NCBI GenBank assembly: GCA_022750055.1
Contig: JAKIWL010000002.1
Span: 341,042-405,041 of the forward strand
From: Thermoplasmata archaeon
Lineage (GTDB): Archaea > Thermoplasmatota > Thermoplasmata > Lutacidiplasmatales > UBA184
Length of the DNA stretch: 64,000 bases
Reading direction: 5' to 3'
The translations under genes and the position numbers were made by a program. Position 1 is the stretch's first letter. Every line of letters begins with the position of its first letter. The notes beneath the pieces were generated by a model that saw nothing but the letters and a program-made list of their open reading frames with translations, did not search any database and was not told the DNA's origin. Positions 1 through 8,889 of this stretch are shown in pieces.

Positions 1-310
1 TCCCCCGGGAAGTAGTCCCAGGGACGCGCCCAAAGCGACGGGTCGGACCTCGGAAATCCGGACGAGCGCCGGCGACGGAAGAGGTGACCCCGAAGCCTCG
101 CCGACGGACCGCAGGCCGTCGCAGGGCTTCGCCCGTGACCGGAGCCTCCGCCGGGACCCCACCGCCGGATGTGCCGGCCCCCTCCCAGGCCGGTCCAGCT
201 CCTCCGCCGGAGCCGCGGACGCCAGCGCCTCCCCCCGGGACCCGCCGACACACGGCCCCCCCGTCGATTGCCGCGGCGGACCCGCCCCCGCCTGAGGCCG
301 AAGGCGAGCC

Positions 311-1078
311 GTGATCGACGTCCCCGAACGCGTCTCCACGGGGATTCCCGGTCTCGACCGGATGCTCGGGGGCGGCCTGTGGCCGGGACGCCCCTATCTC
401 CTGACCGGAGGCACGGGGAGCGGCAAGACCCTCTTCGGGATGCGGTTCCTCCTGGAGGGGCTCGCCCACGGCGAGTCGGTCCTACTCGTCGCCGTCGACG
501 AACCGCCGAACGAGATCCTCGAGAATGTTCGCTCCTTTGGCTGGGACCTGTCGTCGGTCCGGACCCTGGACGCGAACCCCGGAACCCGCGCGATCCGTCG
601 GATGGCGGACGTGCAGGAGATCCGGGCGATGGGGGATGTCAAGCAGATGCGGGACATCTCCGCCGAGAGCCGCAAGTCCCAGGGCGACGACGACATCTCG
701 ATCCAGACGATCCACCTGAAGCTGCGCCATCAAATGGGTCAGACGAACTTCACGCGGGTCCTCGTCGATTCGATCACCTCCATCCGTCGCTTCGCGATGA
801 AATCGAGCCACGACCCGCAGGCCGATCGGACGGAGGTCCAATCGCTGCTACGATTCTTGAGCGAGCGCGGCGCGACGACGATGATCACAGCGACCCCCGG
901 TAACCCTCTGGTCCTCTCCGCGGAGGAGATCCTCGCCCGCGGCGAGATCCTCCTGACGCGCAAGTGGATCGGGGACCGCTCGGTCCGACAGGTCAAGATC
1001 GTCCGGATGCGAGGCTCCGCCCACGACCCCGAACGACGGCCCTTCGCGATCACCCGTCAGGGAATCGTCGTCGGATGA
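311..1078 (+). CDS. KaiC-like RecA-superfamily ATPase (single KaiC/RadA-like domain)
   Basis: N-terminus STGIPGLDRMLGGGLWPGRPYLLTGGTGSGKT (Walker A) followed by a LLVAVDE Walker B-like motif; classic archaeal KaiC/COG0467 layout. GTG start at 311; stop overlaps the next start (ATGA at 1075-1078). Confidence 0.8.
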   Translation: MIDVPERVSTGIPGLDRMLGGGLWPGRPYLLTGGTGSGKTLFGMRFLLEGLAHGESVLLVAVDEPPNEILENVRSFGWDLSSVRTLDANPGTRAIRRMADVQEIRAMGDVKQMRDISAESRKSQGDDDISIQTIHLKLRHQMGQTNFTRVLVDSITSIRRFAMKSSHDPQADRTEVQSLLRFLSERGATTMITATPGNPLVLSAEEILARGEILLTRKWIGDRSVRQVKIVRMRGSAHDPERRPFAITRQGIVVG

Positions 1079-1578
1079 CGGACCCCATCCGCCGGCCGGC
1101 CCGGCCGACGACGGCGCCGCGTCGTTGGCTTGTGAAAGAGGAGCCGTCGCACTTCTCCTTCGCCGACCTGGAGCGTGCGGTTCGGACCGAATGGGATTCG
1201 GTCCACAACCCGCTTGCGCAGCGCAACCTTCGTTCGATGCGACGAGGAGAACCCGTGCTGTACTACCATACCGGCTCGGAGAGAGCCGTCGTCGGCATCG
1301 CGGAGGTCGCGGACGCCCCTCACCCGGACCCTGGGGATCCCCGGGGTGCCTGGGCGGTGGCGATCCGAGCGCGCCGACCGCTGCGACGTTCGGTCCCGCT
1401 CGAGCGGCTGAAGCGGGAGGCGGTGTTCGAAGGTTCCTCCCTCGTTCGGATCGGCCGTCTCTCCGTCGTCGAGATCACCGGCCCGCAGTGGGAGCGCGTC
1501 CTCGCGCTCGAACTCGACGGGGCCCCGGACCGGGCACGGAATCCTCAACCCCACGCGTCCGGCCGGCGGCGCAGATAG
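1075..1578 (+). CDS. EVE domain (PUA-like) protein
   Basis: WLVKEEPSHFSFADLER...EWDSVHNPLAQRNLRSMRRGEPVLYYHTGSERAVVGIAEV...GRLSVVEITGPQWERV matches the EVE/thymocyte-nuclear-protein fold signature. The ATG at 1075 overlaps the KaiC stop (translational coupling); the ORF track gives 964 as an upstream start, which would overlap KaiC by more than 100 nt. Confidence 0.72.
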   Translation: MTDPIRRPARPTTAPRRWLVKEEPSHFSFADLERAVRTEWDSVHNPLAQRNLRSMRRGEPVLYYHTGSERAVVGIAEVADAPHPDPGDPRGAWAVAIRARRPLRRSVPLERLKREAVFEGSSLVRIGRLSVVEITGPQWERVLALELDGAPDRARNPQPHASGRRRR

Positions 1579-2819
1579 CGCGAGGCTTCGGCCTCGTACC
1601 GGGGGTCGACGTACACGGCGGCCGGCCAGGGGTTCTTCGGGCGCAGCGCGATCTCCCGCCACAGGCCGGCCGAGCGGAACGGATATGTCACCCGGCCGTC
1701 CTCGAGGATCCCGACGGACGCCCAATCGGATCGTTCCGGACCCCCGTCCGACAGGCCCGATAGGTCTAGGAGTACCGACCCGGGCCTCGCTCCAATCGCC
1801 TGCGCGACCGCATCCTCGCGGGACCGCCGAGCCGCCGGAGCGCGGTCGAGGGAACGAAGCGTCGCCCGCGATTCGCTAGACAAGTGGCGCCAGCCGTGCA
1901 CGCGTTTGTACAAGCGGCGCTCCCGGAGCGCACGGACGATCCTTGCCGAGTGGCCCCCTGCCGACTCGAGCGCGACGAGGAGGTCGGCGTCGGTCTGCGA
2001 AAGCAACGGGCGCGCCGCGCTCGGATAGCCCGAGAGCCGTTCCACGGCGGCCTGGGCCATGACCTCGGCGCTGCGCACCGTCTTGTGATAGTAGACGGCC
2101 GAATACATCAGGGACCGGCCCACCACGAACCCCTCGACGGCGGTGCGCCCCTTCTCGGCGAACACCAAACGACCGGCCCGGACCTGGATCGTATCGAGGA
2201 GGCGGGAAGCGTCGATCGCACCGTGGGCCACGCCCGTGTAGTGGGCATCGCGCTGTAGGTAGTCGATGCGGTCGGCGTCGATCGGGCCGTGGAGCAGGGC
2301 CCGCAGGGTGCGGTTCGGCTCCCGCCGGGAGGGCGGGTCGATCAGGTCGGCGATCGCTCGCGGCTCAAGCCCGTGCCTCTCGAGGATCTCCGGGATTCGC
2401 GACGGAGTCGCCCGCGCGTCCCCCTCGCCCCGGTCCGTTCCGAGCACGATGTCCCGCGACCGACCTTCGTGGCTCCGACCGAGGCACTCGAGCATCGGTG
2501 AATCTAGCGTGTGCGACAGTGGAGGGTGGCCGAGGTCGTGCAAGAGGCCCCCGATCCCGACGAGCTCGGCGTCCTCGACACCCAGGTCGAGCGCCGTTGC
2601 CATCTGGCGTGCGACCCAGTACACCCCCAGGGAGTGCTCGAGGCGGGTGTGATTCGCCCCGGGAAAGACGAGGTGGGCGAGGCCGGTCTGCCGGATCCCC
2701 CAGAGCCGTTGGAAGGCGGGATCTCCGATGAGCTCGAGGGGAGCGACCGAGAGGGTGAGGGAGCCGTGGATCGGGTCGAAGATCGACTTCTGTCCGCGTG
2801 CTCGCCGCCGCCCCGTCAC
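1545..2819 (-). CDS. HD-domain metal-dependent phosphohydrolase (COG1078, dGTPase/SAMHD1-like)
   Basis: IFDPIHGSLTL...FQRLWGIRQTGLAHLVFPGANHTRLEHSLGVYW...LLHDLGHPPLSH...DADRIDYLQRDAHYTGV; HD motif and conserved YLxRD. Its C-terminus overlaps the EVE C-terminus convergently. Confidence 0.8.
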   Translation of the reverse strand: MTGRRRARGQKSIFDPIHGSLTLSVAPLELIGDPAFQRLWGIRQTGLAHLVFPGANHTRLEHSLGVYWVARQMATALDLGVEDAELVGIGGLLHDLGHPPLSHTLDSPMLECLGRSHEGRSRDIVLGTDRGEGDARATPSRIPEILERHGLEPRAIADLIDPPSRREPNRTLRALLHGPIDADRIDYLQRDAHYTGVAHGAIDASRLLDTIQVRAGRLVFAEKGRTAVEGFVVGRSLMYSAVYYHKTVRSAEVMAQAAVERLSGYPSAARPLLSQTDADLLVALESAGGHSARIVRALRERRLYKRVHGWRHLSSESRATLRSLDRAPAARRSREDAVAQAIGARPGSVLLDLSGLSDGGPERSDWASVGILEDGRVTYPFRSAGLWREIALRPKNPWPAAVYVDPRYEAEASRYLRRRPDAWG

Positions 2820-3030
2820 GCAGCCCCCACTCTTCGAAGGAGATTACGGGTTTGCTCGGTTCGGCCACGGGGAAACCGAGCCCCCAACGCGCCGGTCGCG
2901 GAGGGGTAGGGAGGGCGTCGAGCGCGATCCGTCGGTCCGGAGAGCCCCGACCGGAGCACGCCGCGTCCGTTGCCGGTCAAGAGGGCCCCGATCGCGTCAC
3001 GACCCACCGGTCGGGTGCATCCGCTCGCGA

Positions 3031-3040
3031 AGATATTTAT
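3031..3040 (+). promoter_or_regulatory. TATA-box-like AT island (AGATATTTAT) about 27-35 nt upstream of the ATG at 3066
   Basis: Only AT-rich octamer in a roughly 70% GC intergenic region; spacing fits an archaeal leaderless promoter. Confidence 0.35.
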
Positions 3041-3065
3041 CGGCGCGCCGGGGTCCCTACCTCGA

Positions 3066-6000
3066 ATGGCTAGTTCTCCCGCAGCCACGAACGAGCGGGG
3101 CCCCTCCGAGGTTCCGATCGATGGCGCCCGCCGATTGTTCCGAGCCTCCGAGGAGGCGGAGGCGGCCCAGCAACGGGACCGCTACCTCGAGCAGCTGAAG
3201 GCCTACCTCGCGTTTGTGGAGGAGCGCAAGTCCGACCTCGGCCCGAACGGTGCCGAGATCGCCCACCAGCTCGACGGCACCGCGATGGCGTTCTACCGCC
3301 TCGGCCAGAACGAGCTCGCCAGTCGGTCCATCGACGTCGGCCTGACCTTCGTCGCCTCTCAGGCCTCGCTGCTGCATCACAAGGCCCTGATCCTGCTCGC
3401 GGCGAATCGCGAGGTGACGCAGGTCCTTCCGTTGCTAGAGGAGGCCGTTCGGGTCGACCCGAACGACAAGGCGATCTGGGGAACCCTCGGGGACGCGCTC
3501 AAGCTTCTGGGTCGCCCGGCCGACGCGACCGAGGCCTACCTGAAGGCCCAGGAGCTGGATGCCACCTCGACCCAGTTCGTCGAGAGGGCCTTGCGGCTGA
3601 GCCCCGGTCACCCCGGTGCGCAGCGACTTTGCCTCCAACTCGCCAAGGCCCACGGCGGGACCGAACAGGCGCTTCGTGCGTGCGAGGCCCTGCTCACCAC
3701 CTCGCCGAACGATCCGGAGCTCCTCTTCGCGCGCGTCGACCTCCTCGCCCAACTCGGTCAGATCGGCCCGGCGCTCGACGCCGTGGCGCCGGCCCGCACG
3801 GCCCGTCCCGGGGACCCCCGCCTCGCGGTGATCGCCGGTCGCCTTCACTTGGCGAGCGGGCACACCAAGGACGCCCTCGAGGAGTTTCGACTCGCCGCCG
3901 AGTCCTCGGGCCGGCTCGAGCCGGCCGAACTGGCCGAGCTCGCTGACCGCATCGACGCCACGGGGGAGCCCACCGAACTGGCGGTCAGCGTCCGGCAGAC
4001 GCTGCTCGAGCGGGAACCTCGCAACCTCGCCAACCTGCAGGCGCTCCGACTGCTGGCCCAGCGGACGCGTCGATTCGACCTCGGGATCACGGCCTGCCAG
4101 AAGATCCTCGAGATCTCCCCGGGCAACCTCGAGGCGACCCGGGCTCTGGCCGAGTTCGAACTGACGTCGGGTCGGACCGACGAGGGGTTCGGAACCTACC
4201 GGACCCTGGTGCGGTCGAACCCGCACGAAGCGGGGGAGATCCGCAAGGCGGCGGACGCGGCCCGGACCGCCGGTCGCGACGAGATCTTCCGAGAGTTCGC
4301 CCAGGCGGCCCTCGATGCCGACCCAGGCGACCTCGCCACGCGCGAACAGCTCGCGAAATCGTTCGCCTCGGCCGGCGAGCGAGACCGCGCGCTCCTCCTC
4401 TTCGAGGGCCTGATCGAGGCCAACCCGAAGGAGACCCGCTACCTGTGGGAAACGAAGAAGCTACTGTCCGAGGTCGGCCGGACCGCCGACCTCCCCAAGA
4501 TCTTGGACCACCTGTATGAGGCGGATCCGACGAACACCCGGCTCGCCTACGAGCGCGGCGCAGTCTACCTGGGACTGGCCCGGTCCTGCGCGGCAGGTTC
4601 GCCGGAGCGACAGGCCGCGGCCCGGACGTCCGTCGCCTCCTACGAGCGGGCGTCGGCCGACGCCAAGCTCGCGGAGGAGAGCCTCGTCGGCCTCGCCATG
4701 GCGGCCCGGCTCGGAGGCGACCACGCGCGAGCGACCCAGGCCTACGAGGAGTTCCTCGCCAAGCCCGGCCACGCCGGTAACGCGACGGTACTGAAGGAAC
4801 TCGGCCAGGCCCGCTTCGACGCCGGGCGCTACGTCGAGGCCGACCACGCCTTCCAGCAGGCCCTCGGCCTCGGATTGGAAGACCCGGACCTTCTCTGGGG
4901 AGCGGCGGAGACCCTCTCGGCGCTCGGTCTGGACGGACGCGCGCTCCAGCTCGTGGAGATCCTCGCCCGTCGGGATCCGGAGAACGTGCTCTACCAGCGT
5001 CGCCGAGGTCAACTGCTCTTGCGGACCGCGCGGCTCTCCGAGGGCGTGACGATCCTGCGGGCCGCAGCGGAGAAGGCACCGGGTGATCCCCTGGTGCAGT
5101 TCGACGTGGCCGACGCCCTACGGGCGGCAGGGGCCTACGCGGACGCGGTCGAGTTCTATCGGCTGGGCCTCGAAGCGGACCCGGCGAGCCGCCCGGCCCG
5201 GTTGGCCCTCGCCGAGACGTTCAACCTCGCCGGCCGGTACAACGAGGCGGTCCCCGTCGTCGACGCGCTCCTGAACCAGGACCCCAACGACCTGTCGGCC
5301 TGGCGGATCCGAGCCGATGCGTGCCGATCCCTCGGGCGGACCTCGGACCTCGAGTACTCTCTCAAGGCGACCCTCCTTTTGGACCCCACCGATTCCTCGG
5401 CCCTCGTGGAGAAGTACCGCCTCCATCTCTCCCAGGGGGCGAAGGCCGAGGCGTTCGAGTGCCTGTCCGATTTCCTCGAAGCCGGCAACCCCGACGCGGG
5501 CGATCCGGCCCTCCTCCTCGAGGCGGGCGACCTCGCGGCCGAGCTCGGCAAGACGGAGGACGCGAACCGATTCTACGAACGGGCCCAGGAGATCGATCCG
5601 GCCCAGGCGCTGCCCATCGGGATCCGGCGTTCGCGACTGCGCCTGTCCGCCGGGCGACCCGACCTCGCCCTCGAGGTCCTCGAGGCCTCCACCAGGCTCG
5701 CTCCGAGCCCACCCCTCCGGGCCAAGGAGGTCGCGTTGCTGAGGGCGGAGATCCTGATGGCCCTGGAGCGACCCGCGGAGGCGGAGGCGGTCTACCGCAC
5801 CGCGCTCGCCGAGGACCCCCGGGCGATCCCGGTCCTCCTCGGACTCGGGCGCGCGCTCCTTGACCAGGGCAAGCACGCCGACGCGAAGGCGCTCCTCTCC
5901 GATGCGATCCCGCTCGGCCCCCCCGTCTCCGGACTTTACCAGCTCCTCGCGGAGGCCGAGACGGGACTCGGCTCCCTCCCGAGCGCGATGGAAGTGATCC

Positions 6001-7553
6001 ACCAGGGGGTCACGGCGCTTCCGGAGGCCACGGAGCTGTGGACTCGGCTCGGAGAGATCGCGATCGCGCGCGAGGATTGGAACGAAGCGGCCCGGGCCTT
6101 CCGGGAAGCGATCCAGCGGGACGCGGCTAACCCCGACCTCCTGATGCGGGCCGGCTTCGTCGCCGAGCGACGCGCCCAGGGAACGGAGGCCCTCGCCCTC
6201 TACGAGCGAGCGACCCAGGTGGCCCCGACGAACAAGTTCGCCTGGTCGAACCGGGGCCTCGCGCTCCTCGCCGGGGGCCGCCCGGATGAGGCGACCGCGA
6301 GCTTCGATCGGGCGCTCGCCCTCGATTCGGACTTCGACGCGGCCCGACAGGGCAAGAAGGCCGCGATGGAACGGACCCGGGAGGCCCAGGTCGCCCGGTT
6401 CGGTCGGGAAGCCCTACTCCTCGAGGCGCGCCTGCACCGATCGGTGACCCGCAACGACCTGTTCGTGACGCTCCATGTACCGTTCGATTTCCTCGAACCG
6501 GTCCTGGCAACGCTCTCGAAGGACCCGAAGGTCGACCTAGCGAGCCTCTCCGAGGAGGAGCTGCACGCCTTGGAGACGGCCTCCTGTCAGGTCATCACGG
6601 CCGCGCTCGAGCGGCGAACCGATGGGCTGGAGCGGCGGGGTTTCTCTCTCGCCGACGTCGCCGCCCTGAGCCCGACGAATCGCTCGCTCCCCGAGATCCA
6701 ACGGCTGTTCGGGTACCTACGGGCCGTTCTGGAGGTCGAGCTTAGGCCGGAGAACCTCCAGCTCGCCCCGGACGTGGAGGAGCTAGCCCGGCGCGCGCTC
6801 TTGATGCCGCCCGACCAACGAACGCTGTTCCAACTGGTCCGCAACCTGCACGTTGGCTTGTTCAAAGCGCGCCTGATCAAGGTCGTGGAATCCTCCGGTT
6901 CGGCCGCGCACGCCCCGATCGCTTCCCTCGACTTCGGCGCATTCGCTCCCGACGCGGGTCCGGCCGCTCCGGCCCTCCTGCCCCCCTCGGAGGACCCGGA
7001 CCTCTTTCCCCCGTCGACTTCGCCCCATTCGCCTCACGCAGGGACTCGGGAAGCCCCCCGACACGCCCCGGCCCCCCCGTCGGCCCCTGAGGCCGGCCCC
7101 GCTCGACCCATGGCGGGGCACGCTCGATGCGTCGGCTGCGGAGGACTCGCGTCGATCGTCCACACTTGTGGCGCTCCGGTGTGCGCGCACTGCATCGTCG
7201 AATTCGGTACCTGTCCAAAGTGCCGGCAGCCGGCGACGCTGCCCGGTCCGGCCTCCGAGGCGGGCCCCCCAGCCGAACCGTTGGAATCGTCGCCCCCCGC
7301 GCACATCGTTGTCACCCACACCCCGAGCGGGACCCTCCATGCGCTGCGCCAGGCGGTATCTCGCACGAGGTCGCCCCCGGCTCGAGCCCCTCCACCCCCG
7401 AAGCCGCCGAGTGAGCCGGAATCCAAGGGCCGGTCGCCTGCCGCCCATGAGCCGGCGGCCCGACCCCACGCCCCGCCCTCCAAGGAAGAAAGCGCCCCCC
7501 CGCCCCACCCGACCCGGCCCAAACCGGCGGCGGACGACGAGCCTCGTCTGTAG
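3066..7553 (+). CDS. Giant TPR-repeat protein with a C-terminal Cys4 zinc ribbon and proline-rich tail
   Basis: About 1100 aa of repeating 34-aa TPR-like units (motifs such as AxxxLGxxxxxLGRxxEAxxxYxxALxLDP recur at least 20 times). This is followed by a non-TPR region around aa 1130-1300, then CVGCGGLASIVHTCGAPVCAHCIVEFGTCPKCRQP (four CxxC pairs), then a P-rich tail. The ORF is open from 2970; ATG 3066 is preferred because of the upstream TATA. Confidence 0.75.
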   Translation: MASSPAATNERGPSEVPIDGARRLFRASEEAEAAQQRDRYLEQLKAYLAFVEERKSDLGPNGAEIAHQLDGTAMAFYRLGQNELASRSIDVGLTFVASQASLLHHKALILLAANREVTQVLPLLEEAVRVDPNDKAIWGTLGDALKLLGRPADATEAYLKAQELDATSTQFVERALRLSPGHPGAQRLCLQLAKAHGGTEQALRACEALLTTSPNDPELLFARVDLLAQLGQIGPALDAVAPARTARPGDPRLAVIAGRLHLASGHTKDALEEFRLAAESSGRLEPAELAELADRIDATGEPTELAVSVRQTLLEREPRNLANLQALRLLAQRTRRFDLGITACQKILEISPGNLEATRALAEFELTSGRTDEGFGTYRTLVRSNPHEAGEIRKAADAARTAGRDEIFREFAQAALDADPGDLATREQLAKSFASAGERDRALLLFEGLIEANPKETRYLWETKKLLSEVGRTADLPKILDHLYEADPTNTRLAYERGAVYLGLARSCAAGSPERQAAARTSVASYERASADAKLAEESLVGLAMAARLGGDHARATQAYEEFLAKPGHAGNATVLKELGQARFDAGRYVEADHAFQQALGLGLEDPDLLWGAAETLSALGLDGRALQLVEILARRDPENVLYQRRRGQLLLRTARLSEGVTILRAAAEKAPGDPLVQFDVADALRAAGAYADAVEFYRLGLEADPASRPARLALAETFNLAGRYNEAVPVVDALLNQDPNDLSAWRIRADACRSLGRTSDLEYSLKATLLLDPTDSSALVEKYRLHLSQGAKAEAFECLSDFLEAGNPDAGDPALLLEAGDLAAELGKTEDANRFYERAQEIDPAQALPIGIRRSRLRLSAGRPDLALEVLEASTRLAPSPPLRAKEVALLRAEILMALERPAEAEAVYRTALAEDPRAIPVLLGLGRALLDQGKHADAKALLSDAIPLGPPVSGLYQLLAEAETGLGSLPSAMEVIHQGVTALPEATELWTRLGEIAIAREDWNEAARAFREAIQRDAANPDLLMRAGFVAERRAQGTEALALYERATQVAPTNKFAWSNRGLALLAGGRPDEATASFDRALALDSDFDAARQGKKAAMERTREAQVARFGREALLLEARLHRSVTRNDLFVTLHVPFDFLEPVLATLSKDPKVDLASLSEEELHALETASCQVITAALERRTDGLERRGFSLADVAALSPTNRSLPEIQRLFGYLRAVLEVELRPENLQLAPDVEELARRALLMPPDQRTLFQLVRNLHVGLFKARLIKVVESSGSAAHAPIASLDFGAFAPDAGPAAPALLPPSEDPDLFPPSTSPHSPHAGTREAPRHAPAPPSAPEAGPARPMAGHARCVGCGGLASIVHTCGAPVCAHCIVEFGTCPKCRQPATLPGPASEAGPPAEPLESSPPAHIVVTHTPSGTLHALRQAVSRTRSPPARAPPPPKPPSEPESKGRSPAAHEPAARPHAPPSKEESAPPPHPTRPKPAADDEPRL

Positions 7554-7621
7554 GAATCCGGCGCGGACCGCAGGACCGGGCGCCGCCGTGAGTCGGCGGC
7601 GCACGAAGTATAATCCGATAT

Positions 7622-8164
7622 ATGGGATGGCCCTTATCGAGTCGTATGGCCCAAGCGACGCCGGCCGCCCCGAGCCTTCTCCGAGGGGCGCTGGCCATCG
7701 TCCTGGCGGCGATCGCAGCGATCGTCTTCCTACTGGTCTACCTCGGCCTACCGGGGAACGACCACGTCGGGGCGTTGTTGTCGATCGGGGTCCTTTCCCT
7801 CGTCTTCGCGCTGGTGACCTACTTCGGCCAATCCCTGAGCAGCAGCGCCGGTCCGATCGAGGCGGTGTCCTGGGGCTTTACCGGTCTCGGCTTCGGTCTC
7901 CTGCTCTTGACGCTCGGCTTCGCCCCCGCGTCAACGATGTCCTTCACCGGCCGTCTGCTGGACTTCCTGGTCGTCCTCATCGGACTTGCCCTTGTCATCG
8001 TGATCGCCGGTTGGCGGTGGCGGGGTCGGGCGTTGGACACGGCTCGCGCGGCAGAGCACACGGCCTGGACCCGTCGCCCACCCACGAACGCACTCGATTA
8101 CCCGGCCGCGGGCCCATCGACCTCCGGATCGACGGTCCCTCCGAAGGAGGGCGCGCCGCGATGA
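7622..8164 (+). CDS. Small integral membrane protein (about 4 TM helices)
   Basis: Hydrophobic segments ALAIVLAAIAAIVFLLVYLGL, LLSIGVLSLVFALVTYF, GFTGLGFGLLLLTLGF, LDFLVVLIGLALVIVIAGW. An alternative ATG at 7646 fits the TATA-like element at 7606-7614 better. The stop overlaps the next start (ATGA). Confidence 0.6.
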   Translation: MGWPLSSRMAQATPAAPSLLRGALAIVLAAIAAIVFLLVYLGLPGNDHVGALLSIGVLSLVFALVTYFGQSLSSSAGPIEAVSWGFTGLGFGLLLLTLGFAPASTMSFTGRLLDFLVVLIGLALVIVIAGWRWRGRALDTARAAEHTAWTRRPPTNALDYPAAGPSTSGSTVPPKEGAPR

Positions 8165-8859
8165 TGACCCCACCCCCTCCTCCGGCCGGTCCCTCCCCCC
8201 CCGGGAGCGGACCTCCGCCACCGCCGCCAATGACTTGCGCGAAGTGCGGCGCGACCGTGAGCCCGTCGGCCCAATTCTGCCCCACTTGCGGAGCCCCGAT
8301 CTCCGCGACTCAGGCAGCGGCCCCCGGGGCACCCGTTGACATCCGCACTCGCGTCGACCAGGATCGGGGGATCCTCAAGCGGCTTCAACTGTTGATCCCG
8401 GGATACCGCGGGTATCGGCAGGGGGAGGACCTCCGCGAGGCGGACAGCGTGCTCCGTCTCCAGGTCGCCGACAGGGTCCACTCTGCGACCGCCCTGCTTA
8501 CCCAGCGCCGCCAGGCCCTGGCGACCGCAGGCCGCTACGACACCCTGAACGACCTCGCGCTCGCGATCGCGGACCTGACCCGTCTCGAGGGCGAGATCCG
8601 GCACGCCGAGCAGGGTTACACTGGGATCTCCCCGGCGCTGCGGGTCTCGGTGACCGGCCAGGACCAGCTCTACGAATACGACTATGGATTCGTGCTCGCG
8701 GCGAACGACCTTGTCACGACCCTCTCCGGCCTCCCCGACCCGAACGCGAACCCGGCGTCCGTCCAGCAAGCGACCGAGACGGTCCGCGACATGGTCGCGC
8801 GACTCGAAAAGGCGTTCCAGGCGCGCCTCACCACCATCCAGCAGGTCCAGGTCCCGTAG
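8161..8859 (+). CDS. Zinc-ribbon protein with a C-terminal helical domain (N-terminal P-rich linker plus CxxC..CxxC)
   Basis: MMTPPPPPAGPSPPGSGPPPPPPMTCAKCGATVSPSAQFCPTCGAPI followed by about 175 aa of predicted helical sequence (RLQVADRVHSATALLTQRRQALATAGRYDTLNDLALAIADLTRLEGEIRHAE...). The long ORF-track ORF 7168..8859 is coding only from this start. Confidence 0.6.
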   Translation: MMTPPPPPAGPSPPGSGPPPPPPMTCAKCGATVSPSAQFCPTCGAPISATQAAAPGAPVDIRTRVDQDRGILKRLQLLIPGYRGYRQGEDLREADSVLRLQVADRVHSATALLTQRRQALATAGRYDTLNDLALAIADLTRLEGEIRHAEQGYTGISPALRVSVTGQDQLYEYDYGFVLAANDLVTTLSGLPDPNANPASVQQATETVRDMVARLEKAFQARLTTIQQVQVP

Positions 8860-8889
8860 AGACTCCAGGGGATCCGAAGGAAACATCCA

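Noticed and set aside
15-314. Open frame upstream of the KaiC-like gene (ORF track 84..314, open from nt 15) encoding a Pro/Arg-rich 100-aa peptide that ends in an ATGA-like overlap with the KaiC GTG
   Set aside because: Purely low-complexity (PPP/RRR) with no fold-like segments. It could be a disordered C-terminal tail of a gene whose body lies outside the window, but this cannot be supported from the sequence present.
4087-5079. Long antisense/alternate-frame ORFs inside the TPR gene (e.g. 4087..5079 -, 4461..5012 -, 5118..6002 -, 6783..7604 -) and similar ones throughout (e.g. 9394..10446 -, 12372..13124 -, 13157..13828 -, 26070..27281 -, 49474..51042 -)
   Set aside because: Their translations are dominated by Arg/Pro/Gly/Ala runs typical of stop-codon-poor antisense frames in roughly 70% GC DNA. 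Each overlaps a gene with clear family signatures on the other strand or frame.
7168-8160. N-terminal 330 aa of the ORF-track ORF 7168..8859 (+)
   Set aside because: Arg/Pro-rich, and it overlaps the TPR C-terminus and the TM-protein gene in other frames. The real gene begins at the MMTPPPPP start at 8161, ATGA-coupled to the TM protein.
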